Notes: generated by a model from the sequence alone, not told the origin. 64,000 bases of DNA from Poseidonia sp. (GCA_049412325.1 JBMSEL010000005.1:2244-66243), one strand, 5' to 3'. Positions 26,801-37,100 are shown, counted from the stretch's first letter. Numbers and translations: made by a program.

Positions 26801-26871
26801 GAACCAAAAATGAGGGTTGAAACAATCGCCACGTACGCCATTTGGTTGTGATTTAGACTCATGGGTAACAC
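23779..26871 (-). CDS. giant acidic surface protein rich in thrombospondin type-3 (DxDxDGxxDxxE) calcium-binding repeats
   Basis: N-terminal anchor YVAIVSTLIFGSLFVGVSGFF. There are more than 15 copies of motifs such as DPDTDNDGMSDGWE, SDTDNDGLNDRWE, DTDNDGLIDGIE and DTDSDGLTDLEE. Confidence 0.85.
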   Translation of the reverse strand: MLPMSLNHNQMAYVAIVSTLIFGSLFVGVSGFFQTSEEIGGFESAVEEDIRGDTVPVEAAIDSDGDGLSDKLEETQYGTDVNDPDTDNDGMSDGWEVQHGLNPLDNGESEDLEVDPTQNEDSSDAQVENETESWPDPSQGPNGDPDRDGLTNQAEQELGTDPQRSDTDNDGLNDRWESLYTTSVQTPGGEVILFNPLDGNWDCLLLDQAMVDALESRFNGENGMADWDDLASNDRHSCDMVLDSDDDGLANFEEEAFGTNPTARDSDMDLIDDIVEVANNGTIALYTGLGESCNEPLLQPDSRIGPFNGVERNWFLLDMDGDGLLNGPSDWDTDGDGMPDGFEYCYSDSTMAPSAAYVLNPANASDGYGDWDEDGMNNLEEYQVAKLFGEGNFTSPWLEDTDQDEMPDQWEASNGLHPRSALNRDQDPDMDGYDLDGDGHVMYGELENTAIVHTVDVVLGQQVSENQQVASARITLAGGNQQVVPMRAPVDGYVYELNVVVGQSIDSRLFVWMNLVEEEERFTNVMEYKANDRDQDGILDGRSTNPLNADTDNDGLIDGIEVMGWEILVVNRGVQPTWVTSDPGLYDTDADGLSDYAEFSSTCNLGGSNASNPDTDSDGLTDLEEAGDNFMWEGETYSTSPCMFDTDNDGLEDGEEVIAGADNFLTHANNSDSDDDGLIDGQEVLFVPRPFQNPTNPLLNDTDGDDMLDGWEMQVKSAEDNTNSHSLWVATSTWERPGCESTQTNSCTMQPGGYVWQNWLGGFALEPKFQVSEMNLTGFQMPTNTLCDGCNGRWALDPSLSSLKDDTFDVDNDTLANSMEAPDRWDTNPVDDDTDGDTLPDGWEVYYSQLAFENGLADNETVGVYGARGVMDPAMADSDLDGIDDGFEDPDMDGLNRSGLIKRYCPGYNDSTNSECNIDPDTPDGQRFYDNLENYTNFEELQNGTNPITNDTDGDDWNDGPEVYYQDHDDDGMATGWEYHFQFDPFDGADRMVDTDGDGHVNFCEYKWDTNPRNPVSYPGQGELCDPFSD

Positions 26872-26972
26872 CCGGCACTGTTGTGCGACCCCTACGAGGC
26901 GTTGTTTCGGTTATGAACCTTGACCAAAGATGAGCAGGAAATTCAAACCCCGTGACTCGTTTCTGTTCATTT

Positions 26973-28007
26973 TCATTCGTAATTCATTCGCGGTTTCCGT
27001 ACCGTCAAATTGAGGCATCCATCGAGCAATGAGCACCTTACCTTGCCTCGATGACCGTGTGCTCTGCACCACATACCGACAACGGTGCCTGCCACCATGG
27101 CTGGGAGGTGCGAATGAACAACAAATTCAGTGCAATCATCCCCGGCGAGAATACTTTGGCGTACCTCGACAGATCCAAAACCACGGTCACTGAAGTGGAG
27201 AGACAGGTGGCCACGCCAATCATCGGCCGATTGGAGGTAAACCGGCCCATCGGTGTTGTTGTATGCCACATGGGACGCATGAGCCACCGATTTGAAGAGG
27301 TCACTTTCCTCTATTGAGGATTCAAATTCCCAATCCGACAAAGGTCCATTGACCATCGAAGGTCGCCCACGAAGACCGTCAATGAGCCGTTGAATGACAG
27401 AAACGGGGAGAAAAAACGACTTCGCTTGTCCTGCGAAAAGTGTTGTACCACGATGGTCAAGGTCAACACTTCGGAGGCTGGACGGATGGTTCTCTTCGCC
27501 GTTTGAGGCGAGCCACGCCAACGGTTGAACCGATGGTGGAGGCGTCATGGCTTGTTGATTCGGGCTCAATGTCAGGATGATCTGTTCGTTGGTTGGTTGC
27601 CTCCATTCAAGAGCCAGGCGCTTTTGAGCAAGATGTTCCTGGTGCGCCAGCATCCATCCTACCGTGAGCGCGTCATGTGCTGGCGAAGTGATTTGCCGAT
27701 GTTGGAAAAAACCCCAACCCATGCAAGCCGCCCGACCGTTGAGAAACGCCTCCGCACGACGGCGGCCAAACCATTTCCCAAACTGGGCTTGTTCCGTCTT
27801 GCTCAAATGGCATTCTTCCGCATCCGTTGCAGCGTAGATGAGTTTGCGGCCGAGGGGAGAAGAAAAACATGCATCAAATGCGTTCCAAAAATCAGTGAAT
27901 TCAACGGTTCCAATCAACACACACGCTGAGCCTCCTTCGTCAAAAAAGAATCCGTCGGCACGAAATTCAAATCCATCCAAGCAGGAGTTGGACGGCATAC
28001 GCAACAC
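26973..28007 (-). CDS. hypothetical cytoplasmic protein (possible V4R-like C-terminal fold)
   Basis: The 344-aa ORF starts 1 nt after the glyA stop. Cys-containing C-terminus GDDCTEFVVHS...GMWCRAHG...CSLLDGCLNLTV. The functional call is weak. Confidence 0.6.
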   Translation of the reverse strand: MLRMPSNSCLDGFEFRADGFFFDEGGSACVLIGTVEFTDFWNAFDACFSSPLGRKLIYAATDAEECHLSKTEQAQFGKWFGRRRAEAFLNGRAACMGWGFFQHRQITSPAHDALTVGWMLAHQEHLAQKRLALEWRQPTNEQIILTLSPNQQAMTPPPSVQPLAWLASNGEENHPSSLRSVDLDHRGTTLFAGQAKSFFLPVSVIQRLIDGLRGRPSMVNGPLSDWEFESSIEESDLFKSVAHASHVAYNNTDGPVYLQSADDWRGHLSLHFSDRGFGSVEVRQSILAGDDCTEFVVHSHLPAMVAGTVVGMWCRAHGHRGKVRCSLLDGCLNLTVRKPRMNYE

Positions 28008-28008
28008 C

Positions 28009-29322
28009 TTACTCAGGATAGCCAGGCCGGTTGTCTTCGTTGAAACAATACCGGACGATTTGGTGATTCATCTTCAAGGCGTGGACATCCTTTCTCACAT
28101 CACGGGGATTTTCACCTTCCATCAAGACTCGGGCATAAAATCGAGCGACTTCTTCCATGTCATCGGGCGTGAATCCAACCCGTGTCAGCTCTTGGACGCC
28201 GAGGCGGAGCCCCGATGGAGACAAGGCCTTGGTGTCGCCTGGAAGCATGTTCATGTTGGTGATGATACCTGCATCCTCGAGTTGTTTGGCTGCTTTTGCA
28301 CCTGCGCCGGAGTCCAGGTCGCCGTGTCGGGTCAAGACTTGATGGGAAGCGGTGTAGCCTCTGCTTTCCGCCAAGACGTCAAAGCCCTCGCTTGCCAACG
28401 CAGCAGCGAAGGCTTGGGCGTTGGTGACCGTATCCCTCGCATAGGCTTCACCGTATTCCATGAATTCCGCAAGCGCCATGACCTTTCCAGCGACGTGGTG
28501 TAGGTGGTAGGACGAGCACACTCCGGGGAACATGGCGGTGTTGAGGCGGCGTTGGAAGACGGGGTCTTCAGATGAGGAGAGCAAAAACCCTCCTTGGGGG
28601 CCCGGGAATGTTTTATGGCTGGACCCAGTCATCAAGTCGGCGCCTTCGCGGAGAGGATCTTGAAATTGACCACCAGCGATGAGACCGAGCACATGGGCAC
28701 CATCGTACATCACCGATGCGCCAACTTCCTTTGCTGCAGCCGCCATCTCTTCCAGTGGTGTCGGGAACAAAAATACGGATTGCCCAAACAACGCCACCTT
28801 TGGTTCGACTTCCCGGATGGTTTTGCAAGCAGCATCGACGTCGGGCTCCATCCGTTCCTCATCCCACGGATAGGTCGTGAGGTTGAGGTCACGAAGACCA
28901 ACAGCCCCCATTCGAGCGTGGGAGATGTGTCCACCATCAGCCGTTGAAACGGCCGTGATAGCGTCACCTGGCTTAGCCAAGGCCTTCAGTGCTCCAATGT
29001 TGGAAACGGTTCCTGAGACGCTCTGAATGTTGGCAAACGAGGCGCCAAAGACCTGTTGAGCGAGTTCGATTCCGAGCGCTTCAATGGTGTCAAAATCATC
29101 GCAGCCTTGGTAGTACCGTTTCCCGGGTAGCCCCTCTGCATATCGCCCGTGAAGGTCACTTGAAACGATGTCTCGAACGGCAGGTGAAACGATGTTTTCC
29201 GAAGCGATCATCCCTAACCCAAGACGATAAAGCTCCCCACTGGACTTCACGGCATCACGGACCGTTGATGCGAGTTCAAGGTGTTCGGGAGAGGCTGGCC
29301 ATCCACCTGCTGGTTGTGTCAT
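28009..29322 (-). CDS. glyA: serine hydroxymethyltransferase
   Basis: MIASENIVSPAVRD, YAEGLPGKRYYQGC, and the PLP-lysine motif GSSHKTFPGPQGG. Confidence 0.95.
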   Translation of the reverse strand: MTQPAGGWPASPEHLELASTVRDAVKSSGELYRLGLGMIASENIVSPAVRDIVSSDLHGRYAEGLPGKRYYQGCDDFDTIEALGIELAQQVFGASFANIQSVSGTVSNIGALKALAKPGDAITAVSTADGGHISHARMGAVGLRDLNLTTYPWDEERMEPDVDAACKTIREVEPKVALFGQSVFLFPTPLEEMAAAAKEVGASVMYDGAHVLGLIAGGQFQDPLREGADLMTGSSHKTFPGPQGGFLLSSSEDPVFQRRLNTAMFPGVCSSYHLHHVAGKVMALAEFMEYGEAYARDTVTNAQAFAAALASEGFDVLAESRGYTASHQVLTRHGDLDSGAGAKAAKQLEDAGIITNMNMLPGDTKALSPSGLRLGVQELTRVGFTPDDMEEVARFYARVLMEGENPRDVRKDVHALKMNHQIVRYCFNEDNRPGYPE

Positions 29323-29377
29323 GTCCCTGCAAAGCGGCGTTCAGTCTTTGAACTCTCGTCAACCGTGCTGTACGAAC

Positions 29378-32374
29378 TCAGGCACGTTCACTACGAATGG
29401 TGTTCCGTGGAATAAACCGCTTCTGTAGTGGCGTTTCTTTCCCTTGAGCAGCATCATTGAGCGCCTGTGGTTCTTTCTTTCGAGCATAGTTGGTTCGGCC
29501 TCGATAAGCGACGGGGCCAATGGTTCGTTCCAACACTGGCCCGCTCTCATTGTGCTCTTTGGGCCGCTTGAGCCACCAGGCCTTGCCCAAGGGCGAAACC
29601 CTCGGTGTTTTCCCTTTCTCAAGTGCAACGGCACGCTTGCGAAGGCGATGACGCACCTTTTTCTCCGGTTCCTTGGCCAGCCGTTCAACCATCCATGCTG
29701 GATAGCCGATGTCGAGCACGACGCCATTCACGGTGACCAAAATGCCGCCGAGAAGAAGGTGATTACCGATGGGGATGTTACTCGCATTAGGAATGGCTTT
29801 GAAACGCTTGAGGCGTCTGGCATACTTGATCATTCCACGTTGGTCTCGATGTCGAATTTGGTGTTCCTGTTGGCGCATCACACGCCGATATGTGAAATGG
29901 GCGAACAACAACCCTCCAAGGGCAGCGAGACCTTGGACATCACCCACTTCTTGGTATACGAATATACCCAACACAAAGTAAATTGGAATCAGGACGAGGT
30001 ATTGAAAGATACTCGACAAAATACTCGATGAATAACGGGGTGCAACGGCTCGCCGTGTCGCTTCATGGGCTGCAATCAGGACATTGGCGTTCATGGCCTC
30101 GTCCAACCCGCCTTTCTGCAAAACGGCAGCGTAGGCGTTGACGGGCGCAATATCCATCCACTTTTTTGTCTCCTTTGAATCATCAAGAATGAGTGAAACC
30201 TCGAGATGTTCGCGGCCCTTGGTGCCGTATCCAAAGATCACGGCAAGCGCCTGCACACGCGGGTCTTTGCTGTCGCTCTTGATGAGTTCATCCAACACAG
30301 ATTTTGCGTCGTGCCACTGCCCGGTGTCCAACAAACTCAGTGCGACAGCAATGCGAGGCCGAACACCGATGGGGTCGCCCCGAACCAACGACATCGCCAA
30401 CTCCAAGGCTTCGTCATATCGGCGTTGCGCACGGAGAAGAGCCACCATGGTGAGTTGCCCTGTTTGGGTCAATTTGTCATTGTGAAGGGCCATTTCAGAG
30501 GGTTGAGGCTTCCACGATTTCATCATTCGTTGGAGTTGTTGGATGTAGTCAATCGTTGAATTGTTTTCCCAATCCCACAGGTCATCTTCGGTGACAGCTC
30601 CACGCCACGGGTCAAGCCATTCACAAATGAATGACAAGATTTCAGGCTCATCATAACCCTCGGGCTGTTGTAAACCGTGAAGGGCCTCACGTGCGGCATC
30701 AAGTCGTCGTAGCGCCATGTAACCTGTGGCGATCAACATACGAGCTTCATCGTTGTCTCCACCCGATTGAGCCAGTAGTTTTCGGCTCTCTTCAATTGCT
30801 TGAGGCCAAAGACCACGGATCGCTTTCTCCCACATTGAAGCCCGAGACTGTTCTTGCCGAATCAGCGCTTGATCACCGGGGAATTCGTGCGATTGTATGC
30901 GAATCAGCATGTCCAAATCTTCATTGTACGCTGCATTCTCAACAAGATTTTGCAGTCGGTCGCCACCCTCAAGAAGAACGGCGCCTTCTCTCCGTTCATC
31001 GGGGTTGAGATCGAATCGAAGTTTGGTCAGATGGCCAAATTTGCTGATCGACAGCAACCAAGTCAGCAAAAAGATCAGTTGACCAACGGCGATGAACAAC
31101 CAAACCGTCAACAGCCGCATTTCTTCATCAAAATCATTGGCCTCCAGAGCCGTTGTGAACGGCATAAGGTCACCGAATTCTTTGTAGCAAACCAAGATCA
31201 ACAGCAGGACGGTGTAGCCTGAAAAGCCTGCGAAAGCGAAGGTCAATTGTCTGGCCTGAGCTGCTTTTTCTGCACGAATTTCACGTGGAGTGTCCAACAC
31301 GACACCAAACATTCCACCAAAGGATTGGCCCCCGAGAATTAAGTTTCGAGTCAATTCAAAAATAAAGGCAAGCCCGACGATGGCGATGTTCAGCGTGAGG
31401 TACAACGACAAGAACTGTGGAAGCGATTTGACAAACTCCCAATGGAACAACAATTCAGAAATCAAGTCAATACGAATATAGATCGAATAACCGATGATGC
31501 CCCCAAAGTTCAGCACTTCCTCGGCGTTTGGTGGATCATTGAGCATGACGTACAATACAGTGAGAATACCGTTCAGTGCCGTGATGGGCATCGTCAAGAG
31601 AAACAACACCAGGAGGAACGAAAAAATTCGTCCGATGAATCCGTTCTTATCCGGATCAATCGGGTTCTTCCTCCCTCGAGTGGTTCGCCATTTGTTGATG
31701 AGCAGCATGTTCCAAGAAGCCCCCATGATTCTCCCGTAGGCGAAAATCGTGGGCGCCATGAACGTCAACATGGCAAAGGCCAACCACGTCGGCGTCAGCC
31801 CACCTTCAACCTGAATTCCATACGCCAACACCAACGAGGTGACGATGACTAACATCGCCAGTGAAAAGACCCGTCGAATCAAATCAGTTCCAAGCGAGGA
31901 ACGAACATCTCGCTGGCGCGATGAGAGTTGGCTGTTGAACGATTCCCAAGGTGAAATAAAAACCGGAATCAAAATCAATCCAGCGATGATGTAGAGGTTG
32001 AATTGCGCAAAAACTTCGGCGTTGAAGAGCAATTCGGCGATGAGAATCAACACACCGGTGAGACCCATCATGTAGAGGAGGACACCGTAACCAACCCCCT
32101 TAGCAGCCAGCAAGCGTCGAGAATCACGGAGTGTACGAGTGATTCGATGAACTTCGTAAAGATCGTCATCAATCTCAAAAGCCACTTGCAAGTTCTTGAG
32201 TTGTTGAGGAATAAACCACCGGCGAACAAAGAAAGCGATCACCAAGGCGACCAACAGCGGACCCAAGGATTCCAATGATACCTCCGTGGATGTGGAGACG
32301 GTAGCAGCGGAGGCTGAGGGGACGAACATCAGGGCGAACACCAAAGCGGTGATGCTCTGATTCAATCGCCTCAT
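29378..32374 (-). CDS. large polytopic membrane protein with central helical-repeat (TPR-like) region and basic C-terminal tail, function unknown
   Basis: Start moved to ATG 32374 (MRRLNQSITALVFALMFVPSASA signal) because the track start 32560 overlaps the upstream aminotransferase gene. It has more than 10 TM segments and a soluble alpha-helical middle region. The tail is rich in R/K. Confidence 0.7.
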   Translation of the reverse strand: MRRLNQSITALVFALMFVPSASAATVSTSTEVSLESLGPLLVALVIAFFVRRWFIPQQLKNLQVAFEIDDDLYEVHRITRTLRDSRRLLAAKGVGYGVLLYMMGLTGVLILIAELLFNAEVFAQFNLYIIAGLILIPVFISPWESFNSQLSSRQRDVRSSLGTDLIRRVFSLAMLVIVTSLVLAYGIQVEGGLTPTWLAFAMLTFMAPTIFAYGRIMGASWNMLLINKWRTTRGRKNPIDPDKNGFIGRIFSFLLVLFLLTMPITALNGILTVLYVMLNDPPNAEEVLNFGGIIGYSIYIRIDLISELLFHWEFVKSLPQFLSLYLTLNIAIVGLAFIFELTRNLILGGQSFGGMFGVVLDTPREIRAEKAAQARQLTFAFAGFSGYTVLLLILVCYKEFGDLMPFTTALEANDFDEEMRLLTVWLFIAVGQLIFLLTWLLSISKFGHLTKLRFDLNPDERREGAVLLEGGDRLQNLVENAAYNEDLDMLIRIQSHEFPGDQALIRQEQSRASMWEKAIRGLWPQAIEESRKLLAQSGGDNDEARMLIATGYMALRRLDAAREALHGLQQPEGYDEPEILSFICEWLDPWRGAVTEDDLWDWENNSTIDYIQQLQRMMKSWKPQPSEMALHNDKLTQTGQLTMVALLRAQRRYDEALELAMSLVRGDPIGVRPRIAVALSLLDTGQWHDAKSVLDELIKSDSKDPRVQALAVIFGYGTKGREHLEVSLILDDSKETKKWMDIAPVNAYAAVLQKGGLDEAMNANVLIAAHEATRRAVAPRYSSSILSSIFQYLVLIPIYFVLGIFVYQEVGDVQGLAALGGLLFAHFTYRRVMRQQEHQIRHRDQRGMIKYARRLKRFKAIPNASNIPIGNHLLLGGILVTVNGVVLDIGYPAWMVERLAKEPEKKVRHRLRKRAVALEKGKTPRVSPLGKAWWLKRPKEHNESGPVLERTIGPVAYRGRTNYARKKEPQALNDAAQGKETPLQKRFIPRNTIRSERA

Positions 32375-32408
32375 GGCGTCGGCTTCGTTCGATGCTTCAT
32401 GAAAATTC

Positions 32409-33641
32409 CTACGACATGTGGGGATGACGATGCCTTTCCAAGAACCGTTCAATGCGGTCGAATGCTTCGTCAAGCACGGCAACATCAGCCAAATAGACCA
32501 AACGTACGTGTCCTTTTCCAAGTTGAGGAGAAAACCCACTTCCGTGCACCAATAACACATGCTCTTCGTGAAGAAGTTTCAGAACGAACTGCTTGTCGTC
32601 GGCAGCCCAATGGTCGTCCGTCAGACGAATGAACATGTAGAACGCACCACCCGGCCGCTCAACTTCAAGACCTTCGATGCCTTTGATGCGTTGAAGGCAA
32701 TGGTCCCGCTGATTCAGCACCCGTTGGGCATAGGCTCCCATCCATTGGCGGTCACCCTCCAGCCCTGCGAGGTAACCGAGTTGGGCGGGCGTTGACGCAC
32801 AAAGTCGAGAACGAAGTAGACGCTCGAGTCCATCACGGACCAATGTCAAACGGCCATTTGGATCGTGCAGGGCCATGTACCCAATGCGCCATCCTGGTGC
32901 GTAGTAAACCTTTGAGACACCGTTGAGTGAAATCACGGGAACATCTTGACTTCGGCTCGCCACAGAGACGTGATGGCCCGTGAAATCAAGCCCGTCGTAA
33001 ATTTCATCTGCGACCACGATGCAATTTGGAAAGTCTCGTGCGATCTCCAACAGGGCATCAACCTCTGCAGGTCCGCACACCGTGCCGCAGGGGTTGTTGG
33101 GGTTGATGAGCACCAAGAGACGGACATCGTCGTCCATTTTTGCACGAATATCAGAAAAGTCGGGTTTCCATTCATCGGTGCTGTGAAGTTGGTATTCCAC
33201 CGTTTCAGCACCATACATCTGAGGGTAGGCCATGTAAGGTGGGTAGTGAGGCCCAGGGGCGAGCACCTTGCTTCCGTCTTCAAGCACAGCGGCAAAAATC
33301 AACTGCAAGGCCTCGGTGACACCATGACAAACGTAGACGTCATCGGCCGTGGCCCGCCATCCCTTTCGTTGCTCATCCCGGGCAATGGCTTCGCGCAAAG
33401 CCGGAAGACCGTAAGATGGAGAATATCCGTTTCTGCCATCTTTGAGGGCACTGGCATAGGCCTCGACCATGTGTGGTGGTGTTGGGAGACCAGGATATGC
33501 GATCGGGTCTCCAATGTTGAGTTTGATGATCTCATGACCTTGTGCTTCCAGTTCAGCAGCAGGAACGACAACATCTCGAATGGCGTATTCAATGTTCGCC
33601 GCACGTGATGAAACTGGGATGGGGTCGGACATCTGCTCCAC
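32409..33641 (-). CDS. class I/II pyridoxal-phosphate aminotransferase (alanine/aspartate aminotransferase-like)
   Basis: IKLNIGDP, LINPNNPCG, and SLNGVSKVYYAPGWRIGY (PLP lysine). Confidence 0.85.
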   Translation of the reverse strand: MEQMSDPIPVSSRAANIEYAIRDVVVPAAELEAQGHEIIKLNIGDPIAYPGLPTPPHMVEAYASALKDGRNGYSPSYGLPALREAIARDEQRKGWRATADDVYVCHGVTEALQLIFAAVLEDGSKVLAPGPHYPPYMAYPQMYGAETVEYQLHSTDEWKPDFSDIRAKMDDDVRLLVLINPNNPCGTVCGPAEVDALLEIARDFPNCIVVADEIYDGLDFTGHHVSVASRSQDVPVISLNGVSKVYYAPGWRIGYMALHDPNGRLTLVRDGLERLLRSRLCASTPAQLGYLAGLEGDRQWMGAYAQRVLNQRDHCLQRIKGIEGLEVERPGGAFYMFIRLTDDHWAADDKQFVLKLLHEEHVLLVHGSGFSPQLGKGHVRLVYLADVAVLDEAFDRIERFLERHRHPHMS

Positions 33642-33644
33642 CCC

Positions 33645-34118
33645 TCAGTTCAGGTCATTTCGAGACACGCCGGCCATGGTCAGCACCTCGTCAAAGTGGG
33701 CTGCATCCACGGGTTGCACGGACAAACGCTGACCTCGCTGGAGGAGTGGCATTCCCTCGAGATTGGGATTTTCCTTCATCGCATGAAGCGAAACCATGGC
33801 CAGTTCCAGAACAGGTTCAATGTCAACCATGAACCATCTTGGATGATCTGGTGTTGATTTTTCGTCGTAGTAGTTGCCTTCAGCATCCCACGAGGTGAAA
33901 TCCGGGTAGCCTTCCCTTGCAATGCGAGCCACCCCGGCCACATGGGGAGGTTTGGTGTTGGAGTGATAAAACAGTACAAGATCGCCTTCTTTCATCGCAT
34001 CACGCATCATGTTTCGGGCCTGATAATTTCGGACGCCGTCCCAATGGGTTTTCCCATCGGCCACCAATTGTGCGTAAGGGTAGACATCCAACTCCGACTT
34101 CATCAGCCAGTGGTTCAT
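33645..34118 (-). CDS. EVE (PUA-like) domain protein
   Basis: MNHWLMKSELDVYPY...THWDGVRNYQARNMMRDAMKEGDLVLFYHSN is the typical EVE-domain N-terminus. 157 aa. Confidence 0.85.
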   Translation of the reverse strand: MNHWLMKSELDVYPYAQLVADGKTHWDGVRNYQARNMMRDAMKEGDLVLFYHSNTKPPHVAGVARIAREGYPDFTSWDAEGNYYDEKSTPDHPRWFMVDIEPVLELAMVSLHAMKENPNLEGMPLLQRGQRLSVQPVDAAHFDEVLTMAGVSRNDLN

Positions 34119-34156
34119 GGTTCATCGGACACCGAAGGGGTCTATGGACTCCTCGC

Positions 34157-37100
34157 TTACCAAGCATCAACGACATCGTCGACCAAGGCCGCTTCCATCA
34201 CATCATCACTTTGCACGTTGGTACGAATGAGACCAAGCTTCTTCGCCATGTTGTTTCCTCCGCTTACAGCGCCAATGCCCATCTTTTCAAGCGTGACGAA
34301 AATGGCGGGAAGCAACACCAGCGCACTGGCGGCTGCCACCCACAAGAGAATGAGAATAACGGTGATGAACGGCGTGATTTCAGGAATCGGGATATCGTAG
34401 GCGGTGTACATCCCTAATGAGGTCACAACGGCTGCTTCGAACAGCGACATCCCCGTACCGACAGCGGCTGTTCGAATCGCCTGAATGCCGCCACCAAGTT
34501 CACGAATACGGTTCGCAATGTGAATGGAAAAGTCGACGCCAACTCCCACCAAAATGGAGCCGATCATGACGGTCACCAACGAAAGCGGCACGTCCATTTG
34601 CCACATAACGAGCCATTGCAAGGCCACCGTTGCTATCACCGGCGAGGTGGTCCAGATGGAATACCGGATGTCCCGGAACACAACCGCCAGTGTGATGAGC
34701 GTCAAGATGATGGCAAATCCAAGGGAGGTCCACTGAGAACCAACAATGAGTTCGTTGACCTCGATGGCCGTTGCAGCCACACCGGTCAAATCCTCGGCGG
34801 TCTCTCCGTACCTTCCTTGGAACGTTGCAGCCATTTCGTTGACGGAATCAACGCTCTTTGCCGTGTCAGCCACAGGGATGAACGGCATGTCAACGTAAAT
34901 CAGGGACCGGCTGAAATCCTCGCTGACAAAGATTTCACGGGTTTCTTTGGTGAGCGAGGCATAGAACACATCCAGCAGGAAAATTTGGCTTTGTTGAGAA
35001 GCAGGCAAGCCAAACGCATCTGGGTCATTCAACAAGTCCCAAAACGAGGCGTCAAGGGATTGACTTTGATTCAACAGGACATCGGCTGTGGTTTTGACAT
35101 CCTCGCACTGCTGGTTGCCAGCGCACGGCACCAATTGCAAGAGTTCGTTGACATCTTGACCGGTGACCGTCACCTGAACACCGGAGGATTTCATCAAGAA
35201 GACCACAGACACAGCTGTCGTGTTTTCAACGGTGTTGAGTTTTGCCTCCAGGTTGTCAATTTTCTGTAAGATTTCAACCGGGTCGTCGTTTGACTGATCG
35301 GCGTCGTTGAAATCACCGCTTACATTAGCGTTCACGAGGATCATTCCAACTTGACCTGCTTCAAACTCCGAGCTGTATTGTTTCATTTTCACAACCGGAG
35401 ATTCTGTCTCTGGAGCCATCCCAAGAAGGTCAATGTTCTCCTCGACGTTTGCTTGACCGATGGTGGCAGAAAGGAGAATCATCAGCACGAAAAAACCGAG
35501 GACGCCTTTGTTTCGCTTGACTGGGATGTCAACCAGTACATCAAAGGCCTTGAGCGGCGGGTGTTTTGGTTTCTTCAAATCCAAAATCAAGGTGAGGTTC
35601 GGCACCATGAACATCGTGAGGATGTAAACGATCACAATGCCCGCTGAGAGAGCGATGCCGACGGTTTGAATGGGGGCCATGGGCGTGAAAACCAGGGAGA
35701 TGAAACCGATGACGGTGGTCACTGCAGAGAGGAAGACAGCCCGCCCAGTTGATGTTAGCGAAGCCCGCATTTTCTCGTCCTTGCTACCTTCCTCCTCTGC
35801 ATATCGATTGGTGATGTGAAGGCCATAGGAAACACCGAGCGCGAGCAAGATGGGCCCAACGATGATCACCGTCATCGTCACCTCATAGTTTGTCGCTCCG
35901 ATGAGACCCAGGGTCCAGAACACAGCACACAGTGTAGGAAGACCTGCAATCACCACCACCTTGAACCCTTGAAGCGGGCGCATACCGGTGATACCGGCTT
36001 GGAGAAGATCGGAGTGGAAGATGAACAAACCAATGGCAACCAACACTACAGCATTCGGGAAAATGTCCCAAAACAGTTTGAAGGAAAATTCGGTGACGGC
36101 GTTGGTGATGGGGACAGGGCCGGTCAACACCATGGAGAGGCCCAAGTCATCCCACGTGCACATGCCTTCAGACTCATCTGGCTCGCCATTGTCCTCAAAT
36201 TCACACGCTCGCTCAAGTTTTGAGATGGTGTCGAGAATTTCCTGGGTATCAGCGATGATTTCCTTGGCTGGTCGGTCTTCAGTGACGGCGATGGCCATGA
36301 TGGCGCGGTCCAGTACACCGTCAGGGCCGCCGTCTTCCCCGCCCTCAATGTCTCTTGCCAATTTGTTCATCCCGGCAGAAGGTTGGCCCTCGTCCGTGTA
36401 CATCTCTCCGATGACCAGATCGATGGTGGTTTGACTTGGAATTTCATAGGAGCCACCAAATTGTTCGTCGGTCAGGGCGAAGGCTTCGTTGAGTTCATTG
36501 GCGAACTCCCGCGACGGACAGTTGTCCTCAGGATTGCTTGAACAACCGAGCTCACCAACCTCGGTGACGATGGCTTCACGGATGCGAGGAGCGCTTGAAT
36601 TCACTTCTTTGAGCACCGTTGAGAGGGAGAGGATGTAAATCACGTCATCCGAGTCATCTGAGAGTTGAGGGTTCAGCAATCGCTCAACGTAACTGATCTC
36701 TTGCAAAATTCGTTGATTGGTGATGTTGTTCCCCTTGGTGGATTCAATGTAGACGACCATGACATTGGTAGACCAGTCTTCCTCAACTTTACCAATGAGT
36801 TCAGCCACTTGACTTCCGTCAGGCAAGTACACCTCAAGGTCGCCGTTCACGTTGAGCGCTGGATTGTTCAAATCATCATCAAAACGGGTGTTGTCCAGGA
36901 AGCCGGACTGTGAAACAAAGTAGGCCGTCAACAACAAGAACACCAACACGGTTGGAATTGGGAATCTCGTAATGGCGCCGGTCGCCCCGGTTTTTTGCCA
37001 CTCCCGTTTGAAACGCTTTGGCGCCTCAAGGACGGCGTCAATGGTCCGCTTTGAGTCAATGGTCTTCATCTGTCCAACCAATTGTTCCCGGACAGCACGG

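Noticed and set aside
23623-26851. Several long + strand ORFs (23623-24468, 24643-25131, 25147-25779, 26522-26851)
   Set aside because: All lie antisense within the TSP3-repeat giant gene (23779-26871, minus strand). Their products are V/S/R-rich low-complexity and carry no motifs.
32375-32560. 62-codon extension of the large membrane protein into the aminotransferase gene
   Set aside because: It overlaps the 3' end of the well-supported aminotransferase CDS. A textbook signal peptide begins at the internal ATG 32374.
32946-35269. Long antisense ORFs 32946-33608 (+) and 34520-35269 (+)
   Set aside because: They lie inside the aminotransferase and RND exporter genes respectively and are shadow ORFs with biased composition.
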